Origin: Psammoneis japonica
Taxonomy: Eukaryota
DNA length: 64,000 bases
Assembly: GCA_008632985.1 (NCBI GenBank)
Contig: QPGO01000158.1
Location: forward strand, 1-64,000
Reading direction: 5' to 3'
In this document: positions 26,301 to 39,524 of the stretch, one piece after another
How the letters are laid out: each line of letters begins with the position of its first letter
Position numbering within the stretch: position 1 is the first letter of the stretch
The notes under the pieces: model-generated
Seen by the model: the letters and a program-made list of their open reading frames with translations, nothing else
The model's database searches: none
Told to the model about the DNA's origin: nothing
Made by a program: the position numbers and the translations under genes

Positions 26301-26887
26301 TTGGCGTACTTGAGCATGTTTTCGAGATCTTCAATGGTACGGTAGACAAAGACTCCGGGTCTTTGCTTTCCTGGAATGGGCGGAACAAACGGAAAGGATC
26401 CTGTCGCCATGACGGCAACATCGTATGGAATCTCCTTTCCCGAAGCTCCCGTGACGGTCTTCTTGTCGGTGTCAATCGACACGGCCTTGTCATTGAGCAA
26501 GAGTTCCACGTCATTGTCCTGATACCACGCCGTTCTTCCGTCTTTATCGAATTCCGAAGTCATGGACAGCGACGTTGGATCGCGTGTTTCAAAGTACGAC
26601 GTGAGCTTGACGCGGTTATACGCCGCACGGGGCTCTTCGCAAAAGGTTGACAACTGACACGTCTTGTCCGTGTCGAGCTTGAGCATGTTCTCCATGAACT
26701 TTTGACCCACCATGCCGTTGCCAATCACAACGACGCGTTTCTTCTTTTCTTCAGCAAACAATTCAGACTTGGACGGAACCGGTGTCGTTCTTACACCGAA
26801 TCTGGACGGAACAAAGGCATTGCTCACGGTAAGGAGAGACAGGACGAGGACCGCCCGTCTACTAGTCTTGGAGTTTGACGGCATCAT
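23398..26887 (-). CDS. nirB: NAD(P)H-dependent siroheme nitrite reductase, NirB fused to a NirD Rieske domain, with a bipartite plastid presequence
   Basis: Motifs VIGNGMVG, IGGGLLGLE, STKLKLLG, BFD-like CSCN...GCGGC, KSCVGSTWC, SGCVRECA and Rieske CPHK...CPLH. The presequence contains 'VSNAFVP'. The intron is at 26061-26161. The exact 3' end is uncertain because of frameshifts. Confidence 0.93.
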
Positions 26888-27461
26888 GGTTCGATGATGC
26901 TCGTCCTTTCGATTATAAAATGAGATGGATCTATCTCGGCTGTGTCTTTTTTGTTGCGAGAAAAGGCTGGAGGGAAACGATTCCGAGAGCAGATGGGCGC
27001 CTCCTGTGCTTCATTCATGGCATAAATAAAAAGGAAATCTTCGTCTTCAAATTCGGGAAGTTGTGGCGTGATGATTCGCGTTTGCGCTGTCGTGGGGTGA
27101 ACTTTGGTGGCGGATCTCAATTTCTACGAAGGAATTGATACTTGATGTCATGTTGGTGGCACTTTGTGTCTTTCTTGTGATGGTAGAAAAATTACGTAGG
27201 AATGGTGTAGACTGGATGCCGGAATCCTGCCGGAAGAACATGCGACCATCCGGCATTTTGAACCATATATTTGAAGTTATTGGTATCTGAATATCGGTTT
27301 AGGGTGCATTGGGATTTCATTATTCAAACATTCGTACATGAGGCTTCTATTGAATTTTCGAATTCAAACCGAGCAGAGATCGCCAAAAAGACAGTTCTGC
27401 CTCCATGCATCCAAGCCAACACGACGACTCTCGCCACTTCATCAAACCACCGTCGGTCGCC

Positions 27462-28663
27462 ATGAGCATTGGACGCATACTTCTGATCACTGCAGTCTTT
27501 GGGACGGCCTTAATGTCCATATCGAGACTTCGTTTGATCGGAAACAGCGCACCGTTGCTCCGGAAAAAGGCAATCATGGCAGTGACGCAAGTTCTCCTTC
27601 GGACGACAAGCCGACCACTCAAGTTCTCGACGAATCGAGTTACATAAAGAGTCTAAGGATTCGTTAATCGAGACTCAAGCAATTACATACGAGAACAAAA
27701 CACAACCGTGTCTGACGGAACGTCCGAGATACACGTTTATGAGCCATCGTGGCAGGCAAAGTACAAGGAAAACGAATCCTTTCTTGGATTTATACGCATT
27801 CCGTTCACCAGAGCAAGCGTGGCGTTGGCCTTCATGGAGCAAGCCAGTGGACTTCGTTCTTTTCGGGAGTACCTCAACAACAATTATGACGAGAACTGCC
27901 AGGAAAATATCGACAAGCAACGCATGCCTGGCTGTGTGTATGCACCGACAAGCAAGAACTCCGAGCCTGCCACGATGACAACGATACTTACAAGAAAGTA
28001 TCTGATGTTGTCCAAGATGAACAAGAAGAAGAAGAATGCCCCAGTCTTTCTCTGGATACAATGGCCAAGTACTGGACCGAGTCACTGAAGTTTATGGATC
28101 CAATGCAATTCATGACGTACGACCCAGTCACCAAAAAGGCATTCTTTCAAACCAATCTCAAATTAATTGGAATGGTGCGAGATCCATTGTCAAGGTTGCG
28201 AGATGTCTTTGATCAGACTAAACAAGAACATTGTACAGGTCTTGTAGAGGGGGACACGGATAACGTTTCAACAGAGTTGCAATTTGACGGCATTTGTACC
28301 GATGATTTCCAGGGGTGGTTGGAATTACTAGCTGAGCAACAACAACAGCAACAAGAATCTACGATTCTTGATATGCTCAGACAATCTGACTTCTTCAATT
28401 TTAAATACGGTGGTTCTGGGACATCTATGATGGAGAATGACGATCCTCGTGTCTTTGTCATGTTGGACGAGTGTTTGGAGGAGTCGCTGCTCTTTATGGA
28501 ACGGAGATTTGCACTGCCACCCGGAGCGAGCAAGTCATTTCTTGATTCCCAACCAGAATCATTGAATAGACAACAAGACTCTTTTCCTTCAAATGACGAA
28601 AAGATACGTGAGATTGTCAAGGATTGTTTGATGATGAGTACCGGTTCTACAAGGCCGCGGTAG
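27462..28663 (+). CDS. Fragmented hypothetical protein, possibly sulfotransferase-like
   Basis: N-terminal signal or anchor and a 'GMVRDPLSRL' motif resembling the 3'-PAPS-binding motif. It is split over several frames. Confidence 0.35.
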
Positions 28664-28839
28664 AGAAATTTCGTGCACAGCTAACTTCGGTTGAGTTTGA
28701 TCCGTTGACAATGAATCATCCGTGTGCTCTTACAGCGGATCTGTAGTGGTGCTACTAGCAACGATTTGCCAGAGACTGTTGCTGTAGAACTTACAACCGT
28801 TCTAAACAACTTGTTCATAACTAGCTTGCGACTACTTTT

Positions 28840-31800
28840 TTACGCCCGGCGCTTCTTTGATTTTTTCGACGAAGACTTCTTACTCTTCTTCGACTTGTGC
28901 TTCTTCTCGCCCTTCGGCGTATCAATACCTGCTTCACGCTCAATGTCTTTGCTATCTAACTTTCGCTTCCCGGCTTGTGTACTCTGTATCTGTACAGTGC
29001 CAGAGCTAACGTCCACTTCCTTGTCTTTCAATGCTTTGGACCACTGCTCATCCGTGCCTTTGATGGCGTACTGCATGATTTCATCATCATGCATGAGTTC
29101 TGAAGGAAGCGGCTTGGAATTCTTTTGGCTAGAGTCTTGGAGCTTGGTCATTGCTGTCTGAGCAGCCTCTGCAACGTCTTCTTCCAAAGTTTGATGAGAG
29201 ACGTGCCGCATCTTGTCGGTAGCCTCCTGTGCCTTTTCAAGCTGCTCCTTGCCCAACAAATGAGCTTTTTCGCCCTCTTCCAGAATGGCATTCAGTGCCA
29301 CTGACAATTTACGCACCGCCTTGTTGAACATGGCTAACACTTGATTGGACGGAAGATTCAGTTCTGCCGTCAAGTGGTCAACGGACCTATTCTGAAGACC
29401 CATACCGCATAAAAGAGCAGCCTGCAAACTCGATAGCTTGACATCAGAGCCGAATCGTTCCTCAAAGTATAAACGACCTACGGCTGGCAGTAAATCCGTC
29501 ACGAGGTGATGATCACAAAGATTGCGACCATAGAGTTCCAAACGCTTCAAATCGTGTGGTGTCAAGAAGTAGTTCAACTCCTTTACGTCAATCTTGTTGT
29601 CCACAGAGGAGGTTGCGGTACCAGCGGCTTTGTCGATCAACCCTTCATCCACGTTCATATTTTCAAGCACAGCCAGTGCCAGACGAATCGGTAGGGACTG
29701 AAATGGACCACCCAGGAGAGCCACGAACCGTCGTTGAGTGTCCTTTAGAAAAGCGCTCAACCACTCGTCTTGAACATCGGTTCGTCTTGGTAACGCCCGT
29801 ACCATGATTGCTGAATGTTCTCCAGTTAGTTCGTTCGTAGTTTGCCTCAAGTACAATAATCGCATCCCTGCTTGCGACCAAAACTTGTGCAGCTGCAAAG
29901 TCAACCCAAATGACGTTCCGATCCAATCCAGTCGCGGCGCATCCACCTCGGTCAATGGAAGCAAAAGAGGTGGCAGTTCCTTGCGTGGCTTTAACTTTTC
30001 TCCTCGGATCCCCTTTTTCGAACCACTAGCATCATGACTATCGGATGCGCTACTCTGGTCATCATCTTCGTCTTGCTCTTCCTCGTCCGTACCATCTTCT
30101 TCATCGGACGCATCTCCCGTCAGAGAAATCATTTCACCATTGTAAAATCGAAACAAGAGCTCCATCGCACGTGTACCATATCCCATACCCTGAAGAGACG
30201 GATGGACGGCAATTCGAACGATTCGTGCACCACTCAACTGTGCAAACGTGGCGTCGCCAAACTGCTGCGAAATGGTCCACGGGATCATATCTCCCGCCGA
30301 TCGATGTCCCCGCGCCAACTGGGCTTGAACCGCCTTGCGCGAAATCTTTCCCTCCAAGGCAACTTGAATAACAGCCAACACGTCAGGAAGAGCACCGCCA
30401 TTGTCTTTTTGAGACTGCATGGGTGGCAACAGACAGAATACCGCATGAGCGGGTGCATCCGATAGCATTTGCAAATCGTTCGGTGAGTTCTTGTAGTGAG
30501 CGCTAGTGTAGAGAGCCATGAGCTTTTGCAGAAAGGATTCCGAAAGTTTGTGATGAGAAAAGAGTGCGTCGCGGTCGACACTGTACAATTCACATTCCGT
30601 GGGTGCCGGCGCGCCACCTTGCAGTTTCAAGTGATTCTTGATGGAGGATCCGCAGTCCAAACAGAGTAGCTTATTCAACCAGTTCTCAATAGCATCGCCA
30701 CTGGCATATCGAATCGGCGTTGACAATTCAAGCTCGGTCAATCCAGCAGCGGCGGACGACACATTGGCTGCGGCTTCGGCTGCTGCGGCCCATCGCGACT
30801 CATGAACCTTGGCTTCCGCCTTGTTTGACTTTGGTCCGGCAATGGCACTGGCGGCGTCTTGGGCAGCACTCTGCGTAGCGGACCTGATCCCCTTGGTATC
30901 ACGCAATTCCTTGATGAGCTTCAAACTCAGCGCCCTGCCCGTTCCTTCGTAGCCATTGACGGTAGAACTCAAAAAGACCAAACGATTGTTCTTGGTCAAG
31001 TTTTGGTTGGACAAGAGAGATGGATTGAGAATACTCTTTACAATAGGGAGTGGAATAGCAGCGGCTTCATCGACGGCAACCAATTCCGCCATGGCAAACG
31101 AGTCCAAGGATTGACCATTGACGGGAGGCGGAATGTATTGAATGACTTGACCATGAGTCTTGAATACATGAATGGCGGTGACGCACTTTGTCACTTCCCG
31201 ACCAGTCGCGTTGTTGTACGTGATGCTAAAATCCAAATGCTCTTGAAACTTGAGCGCCTTGAGTCCTCGAATCACAAAATCAAACACGGCCACTAGATTC
31301 TCAGGTTCTGGAGCGGTAACGACAATGTTGGAATACCAAGGAAATTGCTCCAGCTAGACACATGCCCATGGCAGCTGATTTTCCCCGTCCACGTGCCGCA
31401 GTCATGGCCAATGTGTTGTTGCCCGCCGTCATGCGTTTCTTGTTGTCATCGCTGCTGACGACATCCAAAAAGACCAGGAGCGCCTTGGCTTGATCGAGTG
31501 TCTTAGCCATGTCTACCAATACGCCAACGTGAGGTGTGTCCGCAAGTGATTCTTGCAAGCTTGATAATTCCTCCTTTTGTTTCTCAATTGCAGACGACGG
31601 CTGAACAATGACTTCGCCCCCGTCTCCCTTTTCATACGACACATTCTCCAAGGTTTTGAGTGCCGACTTGGAAAGGGGCAAGACGTTCAATTCATCGTCG
31701 CACACCAAACAACTCGTACACTTTCCAAGAGACAGAATGAACCGCTCGTTAAATCGCGGAACAACGTGTCCAGATGATTCCGTTCGATACCGAGCGTGTA

Positions 31801-32303
31801 CATCCATCGTCATGCAATACAGCTGTTTCAAGGACTGAACGCTCTTTAGTAGGAAAATCACCAGCCCACCACCCTCAACGGTTTCAATAGTTCGTGCCAA
31901 AATGTTGGGCGTGAGTGCTTCAAAGTCCTGCAACACGAGAATCCCCACTGTCGATCCCAAGACCCGATGCGTGTCCTTGTAGTAGCACCAATGAATGTCG
32001 GTACTACTAGAAACAGCTCAAAATTATCCATCGTCGACGCGTCTTCGTTGGCAAGACCTTTTGCTTTTTGTCGTTTAATCTTTTTCATTCGTTTTGACGG
32101 TGCGTCGAAAAGCCCAATTCCTTCTTGTAACACCAGAGCACCTTGGGACGGGCCTTGAGCGACGTTTTCGACAAGAGCAAGTGCAAATTGGGAACCTGAT
32201 CCTTGCCGTAGTCACCCACCAACACCAACATGCTCCGTTGGCCCGTCACCACTCCTCGTTCTAGTAGAGTACGAACTCGCTCATCTAGTTTCTTACGAAC
32301 CAT
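28840..32303 (-). CDS. NAT10: RNA cytidine acetyltransferase NAT10/Kre33, frameshifted
   Basis: MVRKKLDERV, LWCYKKELGFS, LQDFEALTPN, TAARGRGKSAA, DEAAAIP, STVNGYEGTGR, SAHYKNSPNDLQ and RIVRIAVHP. Confidence 0.95.
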
Positions 32304-32972
32304 GCTGTACTATAGAATGATTGAGGCTAAGCCATACAGTACTAGTCTGAGAACTGATAAGCAAGAACTGCGTGTTGGCTTGATGTTTGATGTTGTTGAT
32401 GCGTCGTCGGTCGTCGACGGTCGGCGGCAGAAAAATAAAATTGAAATTGAGTGGCAGGTTGACGGGGAGCTCATAACCAAAAAATTGACATGCGTGACTG
32501 ACGGTTTCTCAGTCGTGGATCGATGACGAGGACGACCAAACAAAAAAGCAAAAGAAAACCATGGTACATGAACAGCTGATGGACACTGTCATTATGAGAC
32601 TAGGCTTACAAAGTCTTTCGTTAAGGTCACAAATGCTTTCGAGCTGGATTGAGGACGATCACATATAGTGTTATGATCGAACGAGCCGATTACCTGTGGT
32701 CTGTCCGACCATCGATTTTGACGAGTTGCACGCATCTTGCATGCACAACCGCACAAATTTTCAAAAAATGAAAAACTCTCCACCCGACGCCCGACGCGAC
32801 GTTTCGCATCAGGCATACATACACCACTCCGCCGCCTGACTGGTTGCCATTTGCCATTCTTCGTCTTCCTGGACACTTTTACGATGGTCGAAAGCTTGGA
32901 CGAGACAAAAGAAAAGGCGCCATAAAGGCATTCTTTCCACAGCACACCGCTTGATGTTCGCCCTTTCCAACA

Positions 32973-33863
32973 ATGTCTAGAGACAGTAATGACGACGACG
33001 ACGACGATTCCTGCCTTGGTTTGGGATTCATGTTTGAGGGAGCCGAGGCCTCCGTGGTGAAACGCCTTCATTGGAAGATACCCAACGAAAACGACAATGA
33101 CGAAGAAGCGATTGAAGTTCTAGTCAAGGTTGTTGATGACGACCCCGGTGCGTTACAAAGCGGGCATTATCTGTGGCCAGGTGCACCGGCTCTAGCAGAA
33201 TACTTGCTGCTTTCTCGACGAGACAATGATCCTGAGATTCCTCCTCCCAAGTCAATCGTTGAACTCGGAGCGGGTTGTGCCTTGCTGTCTCTGACGGCAC
33301 TTTTGATATTTTCTTCATCACTTGACTCGGTTGTCTGCACAGATCATGACCCGGGAACATTGACAAGAGCCAAGGAAAATTATGAACTCAATCTGGCGGA
33401 ACTGCGTGACTTTAATGACATGGACGATCCGAGATGTGCAACTCTGGTGGAAAACGTCTCCTCTGTTCAATTTCATTTCGAGCCACTATCATGGGGAGAT
33501 GTCAATGCTGCCAATGCTCTTGTATCGGCAAATGGGAGTCGGTTCGACTGGATACTAGGATCGGATCTCATTTATTGTCAACAAGTCGTCGAACCTCTAT
33601 TCATTAGCGCATCCGCCTTGTTAAAAAGGGATTGTTCCAAAGGCGGCAAATTTATCTTATCTCAGAGCTTTGTGTACGACGAGGATACGGAACAAGAAAT
33701 TGAAAGAATGTGCGAAAAGCTAAACCTACAACGTATCGTCCGCGTAGACACACTTTCCGAAACAGCCGGCGCGGGAGTAAAAATTCAGGAGTTTTTACCC
33801 TTGCCTAGTAACAGTCAAAGAGCAGGTGACAATGTATTGCAAGGAACACTGCAGTATAAGTAA
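32973..33863 (+). CDS. Class I SAM-dependent protein methyltransferase (METTL21/Methyltransf_16-like)
   Basis: SGHYLWPGA, VELGAG, TDHD, LSWG and ILGSDLIY. Confidence 0.88.
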   Translation: MSRDSNDDDDDDSCLGLGFMFEGAEASVVKRLHWKIPNENDNDEEAIEVLVKVVDDDPGALQSGHYLWPGAPALAEYLLLSRRDNDPEIPPPKSIVELGAGCALLSLTALLIFSSSLDSVVCTDHDPGTLTRAKENYELNLAELRDFNDMDDPRCATLVENVSSVQFHFEPLSWGDVNAANALVSANGSRFDWILGSDLIYCQQVVEPLFISASALLKRDCSKGGKFILSQSFVYDEDTEQEIERMCEKLNLQRIVRVDTLSETAGAGVKIQEFLPLPSNSQRAGDNVLQGTLQYK

Positions 33864-34213
33864 AGGCGCTGACAATAGAGCAACGAGAATCATGCGGATA
33901 TGTATAATTGTCGTCTGGCTGCAACCACCTTCCAATTCAGCTTGCGCCGCCATCGCCACTCACATCGACACTTGCAGGCCCGCGATCCCACGATGAATTC
34001 GTTGGGGTGGATGACTCTTACGAGGACCTCGATTTTGACTGCAGTGACATTGAAGATGGAGTTAGCAAAGATATTCCTTCACATGCATCTGTCCAGAAGA
34101 GGGACCTGGCCTCTCTCTTCAGTTTTGTTGAGACGAGTGGGTTAAGTATGGCGAATAGGATCTTCTGCATTTCTTGTCTGGGTCTGCAAAGACTTTTACT
34201 ACTCTTTTTTTTA

Positions 34214-35100
34214 CTACAAGAGAGTAAAGACAGCCGCCATAGTGGTGAAGATGAGGTACAGTACAGGGTCACCATAATTTTCCCGCCGGCTCGAGGGCTA
34301 CTAGTGCAGGTAATAAGCTGATCCACCTCGGGACCCACCTTGTTGCAAGTGTGCTCGACACAGGGGACCTCCAAGTCATGCAATCCATCTTCTGCGGCGC
34401 CCGACAATGTATCGTGGGGACAATCATCATGGACGACTCGAAGGATCAGGTATTCAGTACCGCAGGCATCCGATGAACAGTCGATCAAACAACCAGCTTC
34501 CATAGCACGGGCATGGGCTTCATTACTACTGTCATCGGTGCAAGTAGCCGTAGGACAGTCCGGATTGTTTGGGTCGTGCTTGCGAAAAATTTTGCCGCCA
34601 TGACATTTCTGATCCAAGTCGTGAAAGCCGTCCTGCACCTCATGAGGGACATCGTCGGGGGCACAATAGTCATGGTGGGTCTGCGAAAAGAAGAAAAAAG
34701 GTCAGTCGTTTCACAGCGCACACAACTTGTCGGCTCGCATTATTAACTCACCTGCAAGAGTATGTAGTTCTTGACGCAGTCTGGGGAAGAGCAATCCGTG
34801 GAGCAACCGAGGGTCTTGGTAGCAGAAAGGGCGTCCAGCATGGCCTTATCGTCATCGCAGTGAGTCGCGAACCCCTGCTCCTGGGCCGCGCAAGCACACG
34901 AGATCTCATCATCGTCATGGTCGTCCTCGTGGCCATGGCCATTTGGCCTACAGAAGGCTTAAGGACAATCATATTTGGCCTACAGTACACACTGGTTTTA
35001 CGATACAGCCAGAAGAAAAAGCTGCTCCATCGGAAAGACGTCGTGAACGCGAACTTATGTGGATGGATCGAGAGAAGAGTGAAAGCTTGTCGTATATTTT
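34214..35100 (-). CDS. Cys/His/Asp-rich two-repeat surface protein, possibly metal-binding and GPI-anchored. The 5' end is uncertain.
   Basis: The repeat C..DCSS..C...Y..L...HD.C..D......GxHD occurs twice. There is a HGHEDDHDD tract, an intron near 34681-34751 and a hydrophobic tail (LYLIFTTMAAVFTLL*) after a frame change. Confidence 0.55.
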
Positions 35101-35154
35101 CGCCTTGCGACGGCTCTCACAAACTTGTGAGGTACGGTACGACTTAACCACACA

Positions 35155-35541
35155 TTGATTCGGCTTGGGAATGCTACGTCAATGCTGATGCTACTGCTGT
35201 TGCTCTTTCCTATCGTTGCCACGGAAGCTTCGGCGTTTCTTTCGTACACCCCCGAGACCACAGCTGCCACCGACGCGGCCCGGATGGATCTCGACGTGAG
35301 AAGTCTCCAAGCCCGGGTAGCCAAAAGCAATCAAGAAGGCCTGGACGAAGCCTTGCGTCTCTATACCCAAGGCGCCTTCTCCTCACCCGTGGCTAGACTA
35401 AGATTGTTGACACTTGCGGTGGTCACACTGGTGTACAGAAGCAAGCGCAAGCGAGGTGAGAAGGAATTGGACACGGCCACTATGGAGCAGCCCAACCCCG
35501 AAACGGCAACAGTGGAGGAACATGTGGGCACAATCACATAA
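35155..35541 (+). CDS. Short secreted protein resembling the N-terminus of FEA1-like low-iron-inducible proteins, apparently truncated
   Basis: Signal peptide followed by Y.P.T...D...MDLD...A..LYTQG. The resemblance is judged from memory and stops after about 80 aa. Confidence 0.4.
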   Translation: MIRLGNATSMLMLLLLLFPIVATEASAFLSYTPETTAATDAARMDLDVRSLQARVAKSNQEGLDEALRLYTQGAFSSPVARLRLLTLAVVTLVYRSKRKRGEKELDTATMEQPNPETATVEEHVGTIT

Positions 35542-35874
35542 TTAAACACGATTTATCAAACTTGTCATTTTTGTTGGCCCTGTGCTGTCTGAGAAGAAGA
35601 GACTACACTGTGATGCGCAGTGGATCTAATGCATATGAAACGTGCTCAGGTGTGTAGATCAGCTGGGGTTGCTAGAGACAAAACCTATTCAATCTATCTC
35701 GCTTGGCCCCCATTGCGACGAGTTAGAAACAAAAGGTGTTTTCGCTCGACAATCAAAGAGGCCCGCCAGTCCGTGTATCAGCTGGATCTAGTATGCAAGG
35801 AGCAATAGTTACGAGTAATAACGAGCAGCACAAATTTAATTTCCAAAAAAGAAAAGGCGCGGGAGGAGACATCT

Positions 35875-37338
35875 TCAATGTGCTCGTGTTGAATGAATTG
35901 TTGGTGGTTCCCTTGGCAATCGGAAATGAGAGAACGAAAAGGATTTAGGAGCAACAGGTTTCTCATCACCACTCAAAAGAAAGTGGTACATGCCATGAAT
36001 TGCCAGCCTGATGAACTCATTTGCGTCAAAGTGCGGTATCGTTCTTTCCAAAGGCTCGGCCGACTCGAATCGATAAGCTGTATGAGTGAAATGCGAGAAA
36101 ACAGTCTCAATCTTTTCCAGCCCGAAGCTCACACGCGACAAATGGGAAGCCATTTTCTTTTGACAAAGTAGCTTAGAGAGAATCAGCAGCTGTCGCGCTT
36201 CCCTCTTGTCTTGAGCAAACGATCTGAGAATCCTGGGATCTGTCTCCGGTCCCAAGATTCGAACATATGGCCGCCGAAGTGTGTGCCGGTGTTCGGGTTG
36301 AAAGAATTCTTTCGCAATGGCATACAGGGTTCCTACTGAGAGTGAATTGCTGTATCCTGCTGTGGCATGGAACACTCTCACCTCGCCATCAGTCCTGTCA
36401 AAAGTGCCAAAGGCAGCATGCTGAAGCCGCTCGGCAACATAGTCACACGGGACAATGTCCAAGCAGATTTCTTTCCTTGCGGATATGGTGTGGAGAAAGC
36501 CCAGGCCAAACAAAACAACAAATGCAGCGAAGGTGGCCTTAGAGTCAATCCATCCAGGCATGGGGTAGTTCAGGGAAGATGACACAATCGAGGGACGCAC
36601 AACCACCAAAGGTACGGCTTCTCGACGTTCTTCGAGTAGAATCTCCGCCATTGCCTTGGTGTAGGTGTACGTATTTGGAAAGCCAGTTTCCGAAAGTAGC
36701 TTAGCCTCTTTCTCAGTAGATATCCCATTCAAAATAATACGGTTGTATTTATCAGTAGTGCTTCCGTCTCACAGCAACACAAGTCTCTCATTTTCTTTGG
36801 CTGAGCCGTCATGTCGCGTTGTGACGAACGCGGTGCTACAGTGGACGAAAGAGATTAGCTTGGAGCACCCTTTGGCCAGTTCAAGGAGTTCAAGTGCCCC
36901 TGTCACGTTAGCTTTGGCGGCTTCTGAAAATGGGAGATCAAAGTCAACCGCTGCAGCCAGATTAATCACGTGTGTGACTAACGAATGCACTAGTTCGACA
37001 TCCTTCTCGCTCAAACCAAGTTGCGGTCTTGACATGTCGCCCTCAAGCCCCACAACACGGCCATCATTGAATGCAGACTGCACTTTCTTGAAACAAGGTT
37101 GTGTACGCAGTTCTTCAATGCGCTGCTCAGAGGATCTCTCATGTTTCGGCCGAACCAAAAGAAGCACACAACCCACGTTATCGCTTGCGAGCAGACTCTC
37201 GAGTAGGACTTTGCCGATGAATCCAGTACCACCTGTGAGGAGTATGGTGTGCTTTTCACTGTGTAACCGAGGGCAGTTTAACCCTTCACCTCTCGATGAT
37301 GATAGATGAAAGGAAGACGGGACACGAACACCCGTCAT
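35875..37338 (-). CDS. Fatty acyl-CoA reductase (NAD_binding_4 / male-sterility domain)
   Basis: LTGGTGFIGKVLLE, INLAAAVDF, HCSTAFV, PNTYTYTKAMAE, VRPSIV, PGWID and DIVPCDYV. There is a break near 36733-36770. Confidence 0.88.
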
Positions 37339-37846
37339 TGTTGATTTATGGGGCTACCCCGAGCGAGCCCATGCCGTACAACCAAAAAAAACTACTACAG
37401 TACCTACCGCGGGCGGGTCTCGCGCGAAGAGTTTCAAGGTTGAAGTTGGAAAACGCAGAGGCAAGCGCGAGCGACGCACAAAAACACCGCGATAAGCCAT
37501 CTGCCACATGCACCATATTATGAACTTTGGTCGCTCGTAGGCCTACCGGTACCGTACTCGGTGCCCATCCTATCAGAGGTAAGAAGGCCGTGATGGACTA
37601 CAGTAATTTTATCGTGAAAAACATGGTTATTGTGTTAGAATTTTTTATCCGCACCTCAGATTTTGGGTGTTTGACTACTTCGACTGCGAGAGAAGCATCA
37701 AAAATCTCATGGTTGTGTTGGTTTCTGTACTCATCTCATCTTTTGCGCGTTTGGTGCTTTGCAGGTGTGGCGCAGTTTTTCTCGCTCCTTCTCTTGTCTC
37801 GTACAGTAGGCGCTCCTAACTAGGAGTAGAGTACTAGGTCTACTCG

Positions 37847-39524
37847 GTGCCTGTTCCCGGTCGAAGGTTGTTTATGAAAGTAAGCAAAGGCGACATGACG
37901 TCGTTGTCTGTTTCTGTGGTCATTCCTGTTTTGAATGAACAAGACACGCTTCCATTGCTGCTTCGACACCTTTCCTCGTGCACTCCTCCACCATCCGAGA
38001 TAATTGTTTCTGATGGAGGTTCATCGGACGGAACAGTAGATGTTGCTAGAAAGGCCGAGGTCGTGGTGGTGGAATCAAAGGCAGCAAGCGGAACTCGTGC
38101 CTTGTCGCTGAACCGCGGTCTGGCCGCAGCAACGAGCGATTTGGTTGTCTTTGTACATGCAGACACGTTTCCGCCAGCGGACTTTGTAAGCCACATCCAA
38201 AATACCATGGCGGATGTCCGCGTTTCGCTTGGCGCATTTCGAGCAATTATTGCCAGCAGTCACGATGTTTCGTCAGGAAAAATGGTTGTGAATAGAATCA
38301 TCACGGCACATCACTACATCAAGACATACTACGGACCACTCTTTCTGTACCCTTATCAAATGCTAGTGCTGGGCTTGAGATCTTTCTTTGGAGACCAGTG
38401 TATGTTTGGTCGCCGTCAGCAGCTACTAGAGGTGGCGGGCTTTGACAATGTCCCAATCATGGAGGAGTCTACGCTCTGCAAGAAAATGGTCCGATATGGG
38501 CGGCAGGTTCTTCTGAGCGCCACTTGCACGACACTAGATCGACGCATTGCGCTATATGGAACACTGCGTATAACTCTTCTCCATCTCTTTATCGGCTTTG
38601 GCGCCGAGCTGGGTATTCCTCTAAGTTGGCTCAGTCCTCTCTACCCTCCACAACACGAACTGGAGGAGCGTCAACGCCTGGCCAAGATCAGGTCACGTAT
38701 TCGCGGCAATCGCTTTTTTGAACAAACTTTATATGGAACGAAGTGGTGAATGAGAAATGCTACCATCACGATAGAGTGAAAATTCCGTCAGTGGGTGCGA
38801 CGGTGATTGATGTTGGTGCCAACATTGGTATCTTTTCCCTGTGGACTGCTAATTGTTGCCAGCTCAAAGGCGCTACGATCCATGCTATGAACCAAGTCCC
38901 AGCACATTCAAGCTTCTTGAGGCAAATGCCACTGAGCCGTCGGTAGAAGCAATTTCTGGGAATCGTATAGTGACACACAATCTGGCCATGACATCGTCCC
39001 AACAATCAGAACAACGTTCCACCATGCCCCTTACTACCTACCCCAACTGTTCCGGGTGGGCAACGTTTCATCAGGACGAAGAAACGCTGCGTGAAGATTT
39101 GTGGTGTTTTGTTTCCAATAGCATTGGTGCGGGCATTGGAAACAACTTTATGATCAAACGTGTCGTACTTCCGATTTTGAAAGCTCTTGTTTACCCCTTT
39201 GCCTTCAAAGTTCTTACATTGGGTGCTGCACGATCCAATGTACAAGTCGCATGCCTGTCATCATTCATGAAAGAAAACTCAATTGATTTGGTCGATTTTC
39301 TTAAAATCGATGTGGAACGACACGAGTACCAGGTGTTGTTGGGCATATCCGACAATGACTGGCCCAGGATTGAAGCTGTTGCCGTCGAGACAGAGGTCAA
39401 CCATGCCGCAATTCGAGAGCTCCTAGAAACACACCATTTCCTTGTTGAGGAAAAGAAGGAGCAACGGTTGCAAGGTGCTCCTCATACCATCATTTGGGGC
39501 ATGCGCGTACCCAAGATGGACTAA
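37847..39524 (+). CDS. GT2 glycosyltransferase (TIGR04283-like) apparently fused to an FkbM-family methyltransferase, frameshifted
   Basis: SVVIPVLNE, DGGSSD, FVHAD, FGDQCMF and PIMEE, followed directly by VIDVGANIG, YEP and LKIDVE in adjacent frames. Confidence 0.75.

Noticed and set aside
18205..32303. Frameshifts in the DHHC, DHH, nirB and NAT10 genes as pseudogenisation or programmed frameshifting
   Set aside because: They are scattered single-base indels in conserved genes, including essential ones, with otherwise intact motifs. Consensus error is the simpler explanation.
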